Positions 1-9,051 of a stretch of DNA of 64,000 bases are shown in pieces. Position 1 is the first letter of the stretch. Every line of letters begins with the position of its first letter. The position numbers and the translations under genes were made by a program. The notes beneath the pieces are model-generated. The model was not told the DNA's origin and made no database searches. It was given only the letters and a program-made list of their open reading frames with translations. Location: the IMG/VR virus record IMGVR_UViG_3300029258_003221, positions 62,001 to 126,000 of that record. One strand, given 5' to 3'.

Positions 1-99
1 CACAGACACTCCTACAACTTCTACGGACTTTCCGTTGTGAAGATCATATCTTTGATCACGTGTCAGACGAATGTTGTGATGAATTGTTAGTGAAAGCAT
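1..99 (-). CDS. partial hypothetical protein running off the window start (MLSLTIHHNIRLTRDQRYDLHNGKSVEVVGVSV...)
   Basis: Open minus-strand frame from ATG at 99 to the window edge; not in the ORF track. Confidence 0.4.
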   Translation of the reverse strand, partial: MLSLTIHHNIRLTRDQRYDLHNGKSVEVVGVSV

Positions 100-111
100 T
101 TGTTTTGTGTT

Positions 112-119
112 CATACATA
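112..119 (+). promoter_or_regulatory. putative late-promoter octamer CATACATA
   Basis: Same or related octamer recurs upstream of eight genes; resembles the T4 late promoter TATAAATA. Confidence 0.5.
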
Positions 120-146
120 CCTTTAGGTCTTAACTGGAGTGTAACC

Positions 147-1106
147 ATGCAAGGAATTCGTGTAAAGTACATTTTGTATCCGATGTCAATCATAATGAGC
201 ATAGTCATGTTAATTGGCATCAGTATAAGAGTGCAAAGAGCAAACGTTCTGGAAATATCTGTTGATAACTCTAATCCAGAATTGACGATGCCTATCGTTG
301 AAAATGACCCTTATGCACACTTGGCTGCAAATGTAGCTCCTGTTCCCAAAAGAGGAATTGAGTATCGAAAATGGTTGCAGGCTTCTGTTAGAATTCGAGT
401 ATCTTATGCATCAGGTTCAGGCACTATTGTCTATTACGATGATAAAACAGGTTGGGCATACATTCAGACATGTGGCCATCTTTGGGGTGGCATGAAAAGC
501 AACATGTCAGCCGAAGAAGGTAAACGAAGAAAAGAAAAATGTCGTATCAATGTTTTTTATCACAACGAAAAGAAACTTGATCAACCAAAAACATACAGTG
601 CAGATGTGTTGTATTACAATAACAGAGGTGGTCCCGGTGGTGGACACGATTGTGCGTTAATTCGATTTAAGCCCGATTGGAAACCAAATTATTTTCCTAT
701 TGCACCTTCAGATTATCGATATAAACCGGGCTCAATGTTACATTCAACTGGATGCGATGGCGCAACAGAAGCTGCACATTATGATGTGCGTGTCATTGGG
801 TTTTCTAATTCTTCTCAGTTTCCAAGTTTGGTCACTACAGAAAACAGTCCAAGACCCGGACGTTCGGGTGGAGGATTGATGAATGACAGTTATTTTGTGG
901 CTATTTGCTGGGGCACTTCAGATCGTTCTGGTAATGGTAACGGGTTCTTTACACCATTGAGTACAGTACGATATTACAACGAAAAAAATGGATTTGGTTG
1001 GCTTAATGATGTTGGAAGTAGTTTGGCAAGACAAATCCCAATTAAAGACAGAAACAACCCTCAAAGAAGGTATGAACCAGATTACATTCCATTGCCGGGA
1101 CGTTAA
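147..1106 (+). CDS. membrane-anchored trypsin-like serine protease
   Basis: GSGT..TCGH, HDCALI and GRSGGG give the His/Asp/Ser triad; N-terminal hydrophobic helix; GGAG before ATG147. Confidence 0.85.
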   Translation: MQGIRVKYILYPMSIIMSIVMLIGISIRVQRANVLEISVDNSNPELTMPIVENDPYAHLAANVAPVPKRGIEYRKWLQASVRIRVSYASGSGTIVYYDDKTGWAYIQTCGHLWGGMKSNMSAEEGKRRKEKCRINVFYHNEKKLDQPKTYSADVLYYNNRGGPGGGHDCALIRFKPDWKPNYFPIAPSDYRYKPGSMLHSTGCDGATEAAHYDVRVIGFSNSSQFPSLVTTENSPRPGRSGGGLMNDSYFVAICWGTSDRSGNGNGFFTPLSTVRYYNEKNGFGWLNDVGSSLARQIPIKDRNNPQRRYEPDYIPLPGR

Positions 1107-1468
1107 ACGTTGTCTCTCCAAGCTTTACCGAGTTCGCCGATGTGATCAGAATGTACAACAGTATCAAAATCCTGTTGTGCTAGTTGGAGCAATTGTCTCG
1201 CATATCCTTGTCGCCTAACATCTGGCATTGTGTAAACATTGGCAATTTGGGCATTAGTTCCATCTCTTGATACAACCTGAAGGGCACTAACAGCCTGCCC
1301 ATCAACCATGTAAATGTATCGATAAGAACCATGCGGTGAGACATACTTCACCGCACCATTCTTAGTGTCACCGCCCAAATTTTCTTCTGGGCCAATCTGA
1401 CTGGTTTGACCTGCTGGACTCAGAAGGTATTGCAGCATTTCATTTTCTAACCAAAGTTTAAACTTCAT
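1103..1468 (-). CDS. GNAT acetyltransferase with capsid-targeting-like N-terminus
   Basis: IANVYTMPDVRRQGYARQLL = acetyl-CoA-binding motif A; starts MKFKLWLENE. Confidence 0.85.
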   Translation of the reverse strand: MKFKLWLENEMLQYLLSPAGQTSQIGPEENLGGDTKNGAVKYVSPHGSYRYIYMVDGQAVSALQVVSRDGTNAQIANVYTMPDVRRQGYARQLLQLAQQDFDTVVHSDHIGELGKAWRDNV

Positions 1469-1480
1469 GCCTTATGTATG

Positions 1481-2287
1481 TCACAAGTTACTCATATCTC
1501 CATCCCATCCAGATTGCTGCGTGGAAAGAGGTTTGTAAAAAGGGCATTTGACACGAAAATCACATCTTTTACAGTGATGACCAACATTTCCCCAAACTTT
1601 ATCCGGGTCAGATTGTTCAATTCTTTTGAATGTCTTCAAAAGCTCTTGTTCAACTTTTATTAATGTTGATTCTGTGAAAGTCGCCGCTACTAAACTTCCA
1701 CCATCCACGTAATACAAACCTGCTTTAATGTTTTCAGGTTCAATTTCAAACTCTCGTTGTACCGCTCTTGCATAAACACACAATTGAAGATCCTGTGTGA
1801 TGGTTTTTCTTGTTTTTCTCCATCGACCTTTCTTGGTTGTTTTGTAATCTATGATCCAAGCTTTGTTGCCTTTAATGATCAAGCGGTCGATAAATCCTTT
1901 GACAAAACGTCCGTGAGGAGGATCAAGATCGTAGTAAATCTCATGTTCAACAATCCCATCTGTCCCCATGCTATCCATCAGTTTTTGAATGGATCTCAAA
2001 TCTTTGTTGAGTCGTCTTTGATATTCTGCTGGAAGCTTTTCAGGGGCTGTAACGCCTTTTTCCAGTTCAATTTTTCCTTTCAAAACATCAGTGGTTACAT
2101 CACCCAAAGGGATTTCTGCTTTGTGCTCAACAAAATGTTCAGCTATTTTGTGTATGATTTTTCCATACGTGAAGTAGAAAGGCTCTTCATCGTCTCTTTC
2201 TACTTTGAGATGATATTGATATTTGTACTTCTGTTGGCATTGATCGTAAGTATTTTTTCGGCTGACCGATATGTGATTGATATCCAT
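1481..2287 (-). CDS. PD-(D/E)XK exonuclease, Cas4/RecB-like (Fe-S)
   Basis: GFIDRL, IIDYKT and QLCVY motifs; N-terminal Cys plus C-terminal CxxCxxxxxC. Confidence 0.88.
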   Translation of the reverse strand: MDINHISVSRKNTYDQCQQKYKYQYHLKVERDDEEPFYFTYGKIIHKIAEHFVEHKAEIPLGDVTTDVLKGKIELEKGVTAPEKLPAEYQRRLNKDLRSIQKLMDSMGTDGIVEHEIYYDLDPPHGRFVKGFIDRLIIKGNKAWIIDYKTTKKGRWRKTRKTITQDLQLCVYARAVQREFEIEPENIKAGLYYVDGGSLVAATFTESTLIKVEQELLKTFKRIEQSDPDKVWGNVGHHCKRCDFRVKCPFYKPLSTQQSGWDGDMSNL

Positions 2288-2317
2288 AGAGTTTCCTAAT
2301 CTTTTTACGAGATGCTA

Positions 2318-2346
2318 TTGCAACATCTCTACGTCATCGATATTAT
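2318..2346 (+). promoter_or_regulatory. sigma70-type promoter for primase
   Basis: TTGCAA-17 nt-TATTAT. Confidence 0.5.
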
Positions 2347-2381
2347 CGTCAATCTTAGAAAAATACACAAGAGGAATTGTA

Positions 2382-3437
2382 ATGGCGGTCGATTATGACT
2401 CGTTTTTAAATTGGGCGACTGATCGCTTTGGGGAATCAAACATCAAATTCCGCAAAGGGGGACGAGAAATTTGCACCCACAGTTTCTTTGTAGACGGTCA
2501 TCCTGATTTTCCTGATGGTGATCACAAATTTAAACTCTGGATGAATCCAGACGGTGGGAAAAACGAGCTTGAAGGAGGAGCTTACCGTTGTTGGTATACA
2601 GATCATATGGGATCATTGATTTCCCTTGTCAGCATTGTTGATAAAGTTCCATATGATGTTGCGGCAGATATTATCTGTGACGAAATTCCCCTTCGAGCTT
2701 TGGAAAAAAAAGTTCATGATTTTTACAGCGTCAAACAAGATGATCCTCAAGAAACCATAGAAGAAATTAAACAAGAGCTGGAATTCCCACCAGACACATA
2801 TAAAATCGAAGAAGTTCGAGGTCATTGGATGGGAGCACGTGCGTTAGAATATCTTGCCAGTCGAAAAATTCCATCTCAGGGATTTTATGTTTGTATTGAC
2901 GGTGATTACAGAAATCGCCTTGTCATTCCATATTACAACAAAGCAGGTGAATTGTTTTATTACAATTGCCGAACATTAGATAAGAACCCAAAAACCTTGA
3001 GGTATATGAAGCCACCTCCTGAAGATGCAGATCAGGAAAATGTTCTTTATTTCCCTGAATGGCCTGCGGCAGGAAGCAAAATTTATATCACAGAAGGTGA
3101 ATTTGATGCTTTCACTTTATGGTTGTCTGGCTTTTATGGCGTTGCCTGTGGCGGAAAATTTCTTTCATCATCACAAATTGAAATGATTCGTGATTACAAA
3201 GTAGTTTTAGCATTTGATAGCGATGATGCAGGTGAACAGGCTTTGTTGAATATTGGTGAAACTTTGTTGGCTGATGGCTTTCAGGACATGCAGTATGTTA
3301 GACCACCTAAAGTTTTCAAAGACTGGAATAAGCTTTTAGAGCAAAGAAATATCGATACCCTAAAAGCTTATATCCAGCGTTTTGAAAAACCGTACAATAG
3401 TTGGACGGTCAATTCGTTGACTGCCAAAAGGCTTTAG
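2382..3437 (+). CDS. DNA primase (TOPRIM; DnaG/T4 gp61-like)
   Basis: YRNRLVIP, YITEGEFDA, FDSDDAG and KDWN motifs; GAGGA RBS before ATG2382. Confidence 0.9.
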   Translation: MAVDYDSFLNWATDRFGESNIKFRKGGREICTHSFFVDGHPDFPDGDHKFKLWMNPDGGKNELEGGAYRCWYTDHMGSLISLVSIVDKVPYDVAADIICDEIPLRALEKKVHDFYSVKQDDPQETIEEIKQELEFPPDTYKIEEVRGHWMGARALEYLASRKIPSQGFYVCIDGDYRNRLVIPYYNKAGELFYYNCRTLDKNPKTLRYMKPPPEDADQENVLYFPEWPAAGSKIYITEGEFDAFTLWLSGFYGVACGGKFLSSSQIEMIRDYKVVLAFDSDDAGEQALLNIGETLLADGFQDMQYVRPPKVFKDWNKLLEQRNIDTLKAYIQRFEKPYNSWTVNSLTAKRL

Positions 3438-3547
3438 CAAGTGCAGTTGTCGCACGAGCATCCATCACAGTGACAATCGACACAGCTACAAACTGTACAG
3501 TCGCCCGAAGTACAGCCTTCGCATTTACAAGTACATTCGTTATTCAT
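3434..3547 (-). CDS. metallothionein-like 37-aa peptide MNNECTCKCEGCTSGDCTVCSCVDCHCDGCSCDNCTC
   Basis: 13 Cys in 37 aa in CxC/CxxC pattern, no Phe/Tyr/Trp; AAGGAG RBS (3554-3559) and ACTAAATA (3566-3573) upstream; below the ORF-track cutoff. Confidence 0.85.
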   Translation of the reverse strand: MNNECTCKCEGCTSGDCTVCSCVDCHCDGCSCDNCTC

Positions 3548-3590
3548 GGGAATCTCCTTTAATCATATTTAGTCTTTACTCTGGTATATT

Positions 3591-4085
3591 ATGCATTCAA
3601 AAACAATAGAACAACTTCAATATTTTGTGGGAAAAGTTTGTACTGTTCTCACCTCACCTGTAAACCGTGAATTTGATGAGCTAAGAGCACGGGAGCATTT
3701 TGTGCTTCGTGTTGGGGCAATTAACCTTGATGGAATCTGGGGAACTCATCCCGGAAGTGGGATGACCAGCTTTTTTCAATGGTCGCCCAGTTTAATTGGG
3801 ATATGTGAAGAAATTGAGCTTGATCCAAATAATCCAGAACATGCTCAAATGATTGAACAATATGAGAAACAAACTGGACAGAAGATCAAAAGCGACATTT
3901 CTTCCCCGGTACCAACTAAGAAAAAAGAAAAAGATTTGGTGCAGCTAAAAGAGCCACCAAAAAAACAAACGGCACCTGATGAACAAGTGCCGTTTGTTGA
4001 CATTTCAAATTTAGAAAAGCTCGCTGCTCAAACTAAAATGCAATATGATCAATATGATTCAGTCAGAGATAAGCTTTCCCCTTAA
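3591..4085 (+). CDS. hypothetical protein
   Basis: 164-aa ORF filling the gap between neighbouring genes. Confidence 0.65.
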   Translation: MHSKTIEQLQYFVGKVCTVLTSPVNREFDELRAREHFVLRVGAINLDGIWGTHPGSGMTSFFQWSPSLIGICEEIELDPNNPEHAQMIEQYEKQTGQKIKSDISSPVPTKKKEKDLVQLKEPPKKQTAPDEQVPFVDISNLEKLAAQTKMQYDQYDSVRDKLSP

Positions 4086-6131
4086 ATCTTTCACTCTTTC
4101 TCCTATTGATTGCGTCCTTCTTCTGACTCGGTCACCTAAAGGGCTACTTGAAGATTGGGGCATTTGAGGAATTGATGATTGCGTTCCACCAACTTCTGAA
4201 GAAGTTTCTGGATCAGTTTCTGATCCGGTTTTTAGTTCTTCAATTTTCTTATCCACTTTGTCATTGATGGCCATTCTTGCTTCGGCATTTTCAAATTCAT
4301 CATATGATTCTTCTTCTAGGTCTTGTATTGCCATTAGAATTTCAAGTTCGAATTCAGGGTCCATTTCGACTCCAGCTTGTTCGAATTCTTCCATTGCACC
4401 TTTGAAGAGATCATGATTTTTGTATTTGCCCCATGGGGTATCATCTTCTTCAGGAGTTTCTTCAGGAACATCTTCTACAGGTTCATTTTCAGAACTTTCT
4501 GAATCTTGAGGCGTAGGCACGCTTTCAGTATCTCCTAAATCTTCAGAAGCTTTCTTTTGTTTTTGTGCTTCTTTTTCCTGATTCATCCTGTCAATTTGTT
4601 TTTCTAAATCGCTTTTTTCAGGCTCTTGTTCATTTGAATCTTCTGGAGCATTTACATTTGTAGTGTTTGCTACTTCTTCGCCTTTATCTTCACCTTTATC
4701 GATAGCTTGTTTTACTGCGACTTCTTCTGGCGTCTTTGCTTTTACATAAGGAATTTTAAACCCATACATTCCAGACACATGACCAAGTAAGCTTAATGCC
4801 CTTGCCTTGGCAGTTCCATTTGGCTCCCATCTCAGTTTATTTCTAGCCGCTTCATGATTTTCAAGTCCATAATGAGCAACTATTGCATCAAGAACAGCAT
4901 TGGTTACTTTGACCCAAGAGGTATTTGTTCCTGCAATAAAACCAGCGGCCCCTTGTTGGAATCTAGGATCATTTGGTGCTATTTTAGCACCAAATTGTTG
5001 AAGTATTTTGTCTACTGCTTGTTTGCTGGTTTTGCCTACAACATGCGGAGACCAATCATCATCGATATCACTTCCAGCCAAAGGTTCTTGAGGCAAATCA
5101 CCTTGTCCATCGCCTTCAATAGGTTCTTCCTCAGCAGCAACATTTATTTTGCTGGGCATAACAGTAGCTCCGGCACTGTCAATAGGTGGATCAACAGGTG
5201 AATCAGGGGAACCTTCAGGCGAAACAGGTGCTGGTGAATCAGGTGTTCCTTCTGGTGAAACAGGTGCTGGTGCATTTGGTGCAGAAGGTGTTGGTGTTGG
5301 TGAGCCAATACCGGCAACAAGCTTTGGCAGTTTTTTATTGACATAGGCAATGAGTGCTTTTTTGACCTTTTCAATTTCACCAACAATGCTGTTGTTTCTT
5401 TCTAACAGAACTTCATTGACGCTTTCCATTGTAGGATCGTCATGAATCAACCTTCTTGCACCACGAGCAATACCTTTGCCAATATTTTTAGCAGAAGCTA
5501 TTGGGTGAGTGAAAAGTTGCTTCCAAAAACTCTTTGCTGGAGTTGACCCTTTGCCAGTAGGACCACCCATTGGTGCAGGGCCTGTAGGCGCAGGGCTACC
5601 AGAGGGAGCTGATCCTCCAGAGGAGGTTGGTCCACCGCCCGTTGGTGCAGGACCAGATGGAGCTGACCCGCCACCCATTGGACTACCTCCAGAAGGTGCT
5701 GGGCCACTGCCCATTGGTCCACCAGATGGTGGAGCACCATAATTTCCCATAGCACTGGAAACTTTTTTGGCAAGATCGTCCATGTATTTTGCAATACGTC
5801 TGTTAAGCTTTTCTCCCCATTTATCGACTTTTGGATTACCTGTTCCGGCAGGAGCAGCATCTTCAAGAAGTGCAATAATGCCTGATCTATGTTCGTCTAT
5901 GATTGAGTAAACCAGATTCTTACATTCACTTTGCTCTTCTGCTAGAAACTTTTCCAAATAAAAATCAGGCAATTTATGTTCTGAAAGAATTGTATTTGGC
6001 AATCTTGTGTTTTCATAGATTTTCAACTTGAGCAAATCCAGATGCATATTAATAGCATCTTCTATACTTACGTTGTTTTGAACTATACTTTCAGAAAGTG
6101 TTTTTTGTCGATATTCAGATAAGCTTAACAT
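4059..6131 (-). CDS. Pro/Gly-rich, acidic low-complexity protein, possibly head core/internal protein
   Basis: GGxAPSG and PAPVSPEG repeats; many LxE-type sites; CATAAATA at 6157-6164. Confidence 0.6.
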   Translation of the reverse strand: MLSLSEYRQKTLSESIVQNNVSIEDAINMHLDLLKLKIYENTRLPNTILSEHKLPDFYLEKFLAEEQSECKNLVYSIIDEHRSGIIALLEDAAPAGTGNPKVDKWGEKLNRRIAKYMDDLAKKVSSAMGNYGAPPSGGPMGSGPAPSGGSPMGGGSAPSGPAPTGGGPTSSGGSAPSGSPAPTGPAPMGGPTGKGSTPAKSFWKQLFTHPIASAKNIGKGIARGARRLIHDDPTMESVNEVLLERNNSIVGEIEKVKKALIAYVNKKLPKLVAGIGSPTPTPSAPNAPAPVSPEGTPDSPAPVSPEGSPDSPVDPPIDSAGATVMPSKINVAAEEEPIEGDGQGDLPQEPLAGSDIDDDWSPHVVGKTSKQAVDKILQQFGAKIAPNDPRFQQGAAGFIAGTNTSWVKVTNAVLDAIVAHYGLENHEAARNKLRWEPNGTAKARALSLLGHVSGMYGFKIPYVKAKTPEEVAVKQAIDKGEDKGEEVANTTNVNAPEDSNEQEPEKSDLEKQIDRMNQEKEAQKQKKASEDLGDTESVPTPQDSESSENEPVEDVPEETPEEDDTPWGKYKNHDLFKGAMEEFEQAGVEMDPEFELEILMAIQDLEEESYDEFENAEARMAINDKVDKKIEELKTGSETDPETSSEVGGTQSSIPQMPQSSSSPLGDRVRRRTQSIGERVKDLRGKLISD

Positions 6132-6171
6132 GTGTTTCCATTCCCCTTTGGGTTTCTATTTATGTCTTTCA

Positions 6172-6654
6172 TTAAGACTTGGGAGGCATATACTCTCCGA
6201 TTTTCTTCAATGCCATTAAATTTGAATCATAAGATTGAAACTGACTAGGCAAGTATTGATATGAAAGCCTGTCAAAAACCTCAGATTTATCCTCTGGCAC
6301 ATCAAAATAAACATGCCTTCCTCTTTTGCCAATTACTTTCAACCCTATGGCGTTTGGTCGATATTCGTGCATGAGAAGATAAGCAGCCACACCAAGATCA
6401 GAAACAACTTTGTTGTTCTCATTTTCTGGTGGTTCACATTCATTGATTTTCTTCAAAAACATCAAGCAGGAATCAAAGGTATAGAATTCATTAGGTGGCT
6501 GGTACTCCAGCACCAAATTGTCAAATTCTACCATTTCTTCTTCACTTGAGCATTCAAAGTAAATCGATCTGCCTTTTTTCCCTATAACGACATATCCATG
6601 CATAAGGATGTACGCTGCCACCCCTAAATCATTCACGAATTTATGTCTTGCCAT
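6172..6654 (-). CDS. protein with two tandem DUF5659-like (putative winged-helix) domains
   Basis: Internal duplication VxDLGVAAYxLMH...VIGKxGRxxYF...FxxxDSxLMxLKKI. Confidence 0.6.
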   Translation of the reverse strand: MARHKFVNDLGVAAYILMHGYVVIGKKGRSIYFECSSEEEMVEFDNLVLEYQPPNEFYTFDSCLMFLKKINECEPPENENNKVVSDLGVAAYLLMHEYRPNAIGLKVIGKRGRHVYFDVPEDKSEVFDRLSYQYLPSQFQSYDSNLMALKKIGEYMPPKS

Positions 6655-6675
6655 TCTTTCCCCTCTTTCTTCTAT

Positions 6676-8802
6676 TCATTCTATTGGCTGACAGTTTTCA
6701 GCAGCAATCAAACAACCTTTTGCCACTGAATAAACTGGATCTTTAGGTCTGATGACACTGCCGATTTCAATTGGAAGATCAGCGTTTTTGAGAACATCTC
6801 TAAACATATCATCAAAACCCGGAGGACTTGATGTGCCACCAGCAACAACAATGTCAACTGGATGATCAAGTCTGGCTTTTTTCTCATGTTCAATTAAACC
6901 CTGTTTGATTCCAGCAACAGTCTTTTGAATCATGAGTTCGTATTGTGTTTTAATTGCTCTTTCGACAAGAGAAACAGGCTCTTTCGATAAATCAATTTTT
7001 GTTTTTTCTTTGTTAATGAAGGCAATTGTTTCACCAGTTGCCTTAGCAGATTGTTTATCAATCCAGTCGCCACTGTTGACAATGGCAAAGGTAAAGACTT
7101 CTGCACCATAAAGTCCGAACGCAACATTAACCATTCCTGCTCCGCAGTTGTGAATAGTCAGTTGTGGACCAGAGAAAGAATGATCTCCCGGAACTTGTAA
7201 ATCGTAAACTTTACCCTCGTATTCTTCGTGTTCAATTGCTTGAACTCTACCGCAGCAAAATCCGTCTTCAAGGAAAATTGATTCTTTGAAACAACCGTTG
7301 TCGCAATTTGTTTCATTCATATTTTGGACAAGTGAAGAACAAATTTTCTTACCAGCAACACTGACCGTCCACTCCATCTTTTTTCCAAAAATGATCCTAT
7401 TTTCTTGTTTAAGAATATGTTCTCTAGGTTCTCTCCAACCGACACTAGATGCAAAACCAATTCTGGAAAATAATTGTTTAGCCAGAAGTATGAGCTTTGT
7501 GTTTGTGTTTCCGAATACGATTTGATCTTCGGAGATCGTTCCATCCGCTCGAACCATTCCACACAGAAGGTTGAAGCATTCTGAGTTTGTCAATCTGTCG
7601 ATTGTCCATGGGTAATGCTTTTCTCCGCTGTCATCGTAACAGTGGTTTTTCATCCAGTTAACCAAGCCTTGACTGTAACACTTCAATCTTGTGACAGACT
7701 CTCCCTTGCTTGTTTCTGTGGAGTTTTTACCAAATCGTTTCGATAAGATTTCTTTGGCATCCTGCACGTAATCTGTTTCGTGTGCTCCAAAGTCAATTTG
7801 AATACAACCTTCTTTTTCACTGATACTTCCATCTCCCATAAAGTATCCCATGAATCTTTGTAGATTTGGCGTAGATTCAATTCTTTTCTTGTTCCATTTC
7901 TTAGAACAAGTTGTTCTTTCGCAGAGATTGATTGAAGGTCTTGTGGCGTTTCTATTTTGCCCAATAATTGGTTCACCAACTATATCTCCAATTTCTATTT
8001 CTTCACAACCAACCCAATTCCATTTCCCGTTTCTTTTGACATACAATTCATGATTATCCACAAATTTGTACTCTTCTGTGTTGTTTGAATAACCTGCGAT
8101 TTGAATTTTTGTCATAATTCCATCAAAAGGCTTGACTATGACTTTGTTAATTTCACTCCATCGACCTTTGTGTGTAATAACCTTATCGCCTTCCTTGACT
8201 TTTTCAATTTCAACAATGCCTTTATCAGTGTATATTTTAGTGCCCGGACATAAACATGAAATGCCGATGCCCGTAAACATCTTTTCTGATAATTCAGAAT
8301 AAACCAGAGCCATTCCTTCATTCAAAGGACGTGCATCTAGTGTCAGCCCTTCTGGTGATTTGTAGGCTTTGAATACAGCTTCAAGAACCTTTGAGTGATA
8401 ATCTGCATCTGTTTCAGCATTGATGGCATTTGCCGGAACGCTGTAGTAGACAAGTTCTTTATCGTTTGTGACATTATCTAACAAACTGTGCATCATGATG
8501 CTCATGATTTGAAAAGCATCGCTTTCGGCTGGGTTAACACAACCGTCTTTCATTGGGCGACTTAGTTCAAGCTGAGTCATTGTGTAAGCCATGTTTATGG
8601 CAGCTTCACCCAATGCATAAGCAGTATTTGCATCTTCTCGTTGAATCAGCGGCACGCCAGCCTTTTTCATCATATTAAAGACAAATGGATTGTCTAATGA
8701 AAACTTCAAAAAGGCATTGACTTCTTTTTTGAAGACAAGATCTTTTTCGTCATTCCTTTTGCAGCTAATCAAATTGTATGTTCCACAATCAAACCCTATC
8801 AA
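6676..8802 (-). CDS. actin-fold ATPase (volactin-like) interrupted by an intein
   Basis: Phosphate-1 GFDCGTYN, connect NEGMALVYSEL, phosphate-2 GIS|CGAG, adenosine VAGGTS, connect-2 YSVAKG; spliced length 338 aa. Confidence 0.88.
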   Translation of the reverse strand: MIGFDCGTYNLISCKRNDEKDLVFKKEVNAFLKFSLDNPFVFNMMKKAGVPLIQREDANTAYALGEAAINMAYTMTQLELSRPMKDGCVNPAESDAFQIMSIMMHSLLDNVTNDKELVYYSVPANAINAETDADYHSKVLEAVFKAYKSPEGLTLDARPLNEGMALVYSELSEKMFTGIGISCLCPGTKIYTDKGIVEIEKVKEGDKVITHKGRWSEINKVIVKPFDGIMTKIQIAGYSNNTEEYKFVDNHELYVKRNGKWNWVGCEEIEIGDIVGEPIIGQNRNATRPSINLCERTTCSKKWNKKRIESTPNLQRFMGYFMGDGSISEKEGCIQIDFGAHETDYVQDAKEILSKRFGKNSTETSKGESVTRLKCYSQGLVNWMKNHCYDDSGEKHYPWTIDRLTNSECFNLLCGMVRADGTISEDQIVFGNTNTKLILLAKQLFSRIGFASSVGWREPREHILKQENRIIFGKKMEWTVSVAGKKICSSLVQNMNETNCDNGCFKESIFLEDGFCCGRVQAIEHEEYEGKVYDLQVPGDHSFSGPQLTIHNCGAGMVNVAFGLYGAEVFTFAIVNSGDWIDKQSAKATGETIAFINKEKTKIDLSKEPVSLVERAIKTQYELMIQKTVAGIKQGLIEHEKKARLDHPVDIVVAGGTSSPPGFDDMFRDVLKNADLPIEIGSVIRPKDPVYSVAKGCLIAAENCQPIE
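7147..8256 (-). mobile_element. 370-aa intein with LAGLIDADG homing endonuclease
   Basis: N-terminus CLCPGT, block B VDNHEL, YFMGDGS and GMVRADGT motifs, VYDLQV...IHN followed by +1 Cys. Confidence 0.95.
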
Positions 8803-9044
8803 TTTTCCTCCTTAACCTCTTTGCCAAAGTTCAAAGTTCCACCTGATATGAAATTAGGAATAATTGGTTTTACCTCTTCATCATCAAGAAATGAGGTCTT
8901 TTTCGTTTCTTTTTGAGTTGTTTCAGCAGAAGCGACAACAAGACCGTCAGCATTGACATTAATTGTAATATCAAGTGAAATTTCTATTTCTCCCTCTTTT
9001 GGGACCACTTTGATCTTTGTGGCTGGTGTATATCTTTGAACCAT
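8799..9044 (-). CDS. small hypothetical protein translationally coupled to the actin gene
   Basis: Stop overlaps the actin start; ACTAAATA (9053-9060) lies 8 nt upstream of ATG9044. Confidence 0.65.
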   Translation of the reverse strand: MVQRYTPATKIKVVPKEGEIEISLDITINVNADGLVVASAETTQKETKKTSFLDDEEVKPIIPNFISGGTLNFGKEVKEEN

Positions 9045-9051
9045 AGTGTAG

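Noticed and set aside
1481-2287. Cas4 as part of a CRISPR-Cas system
   Set aside because: No cas1/cas2 and no repeat-spacer array seen; solo Cas4-like nucleases are common in phages
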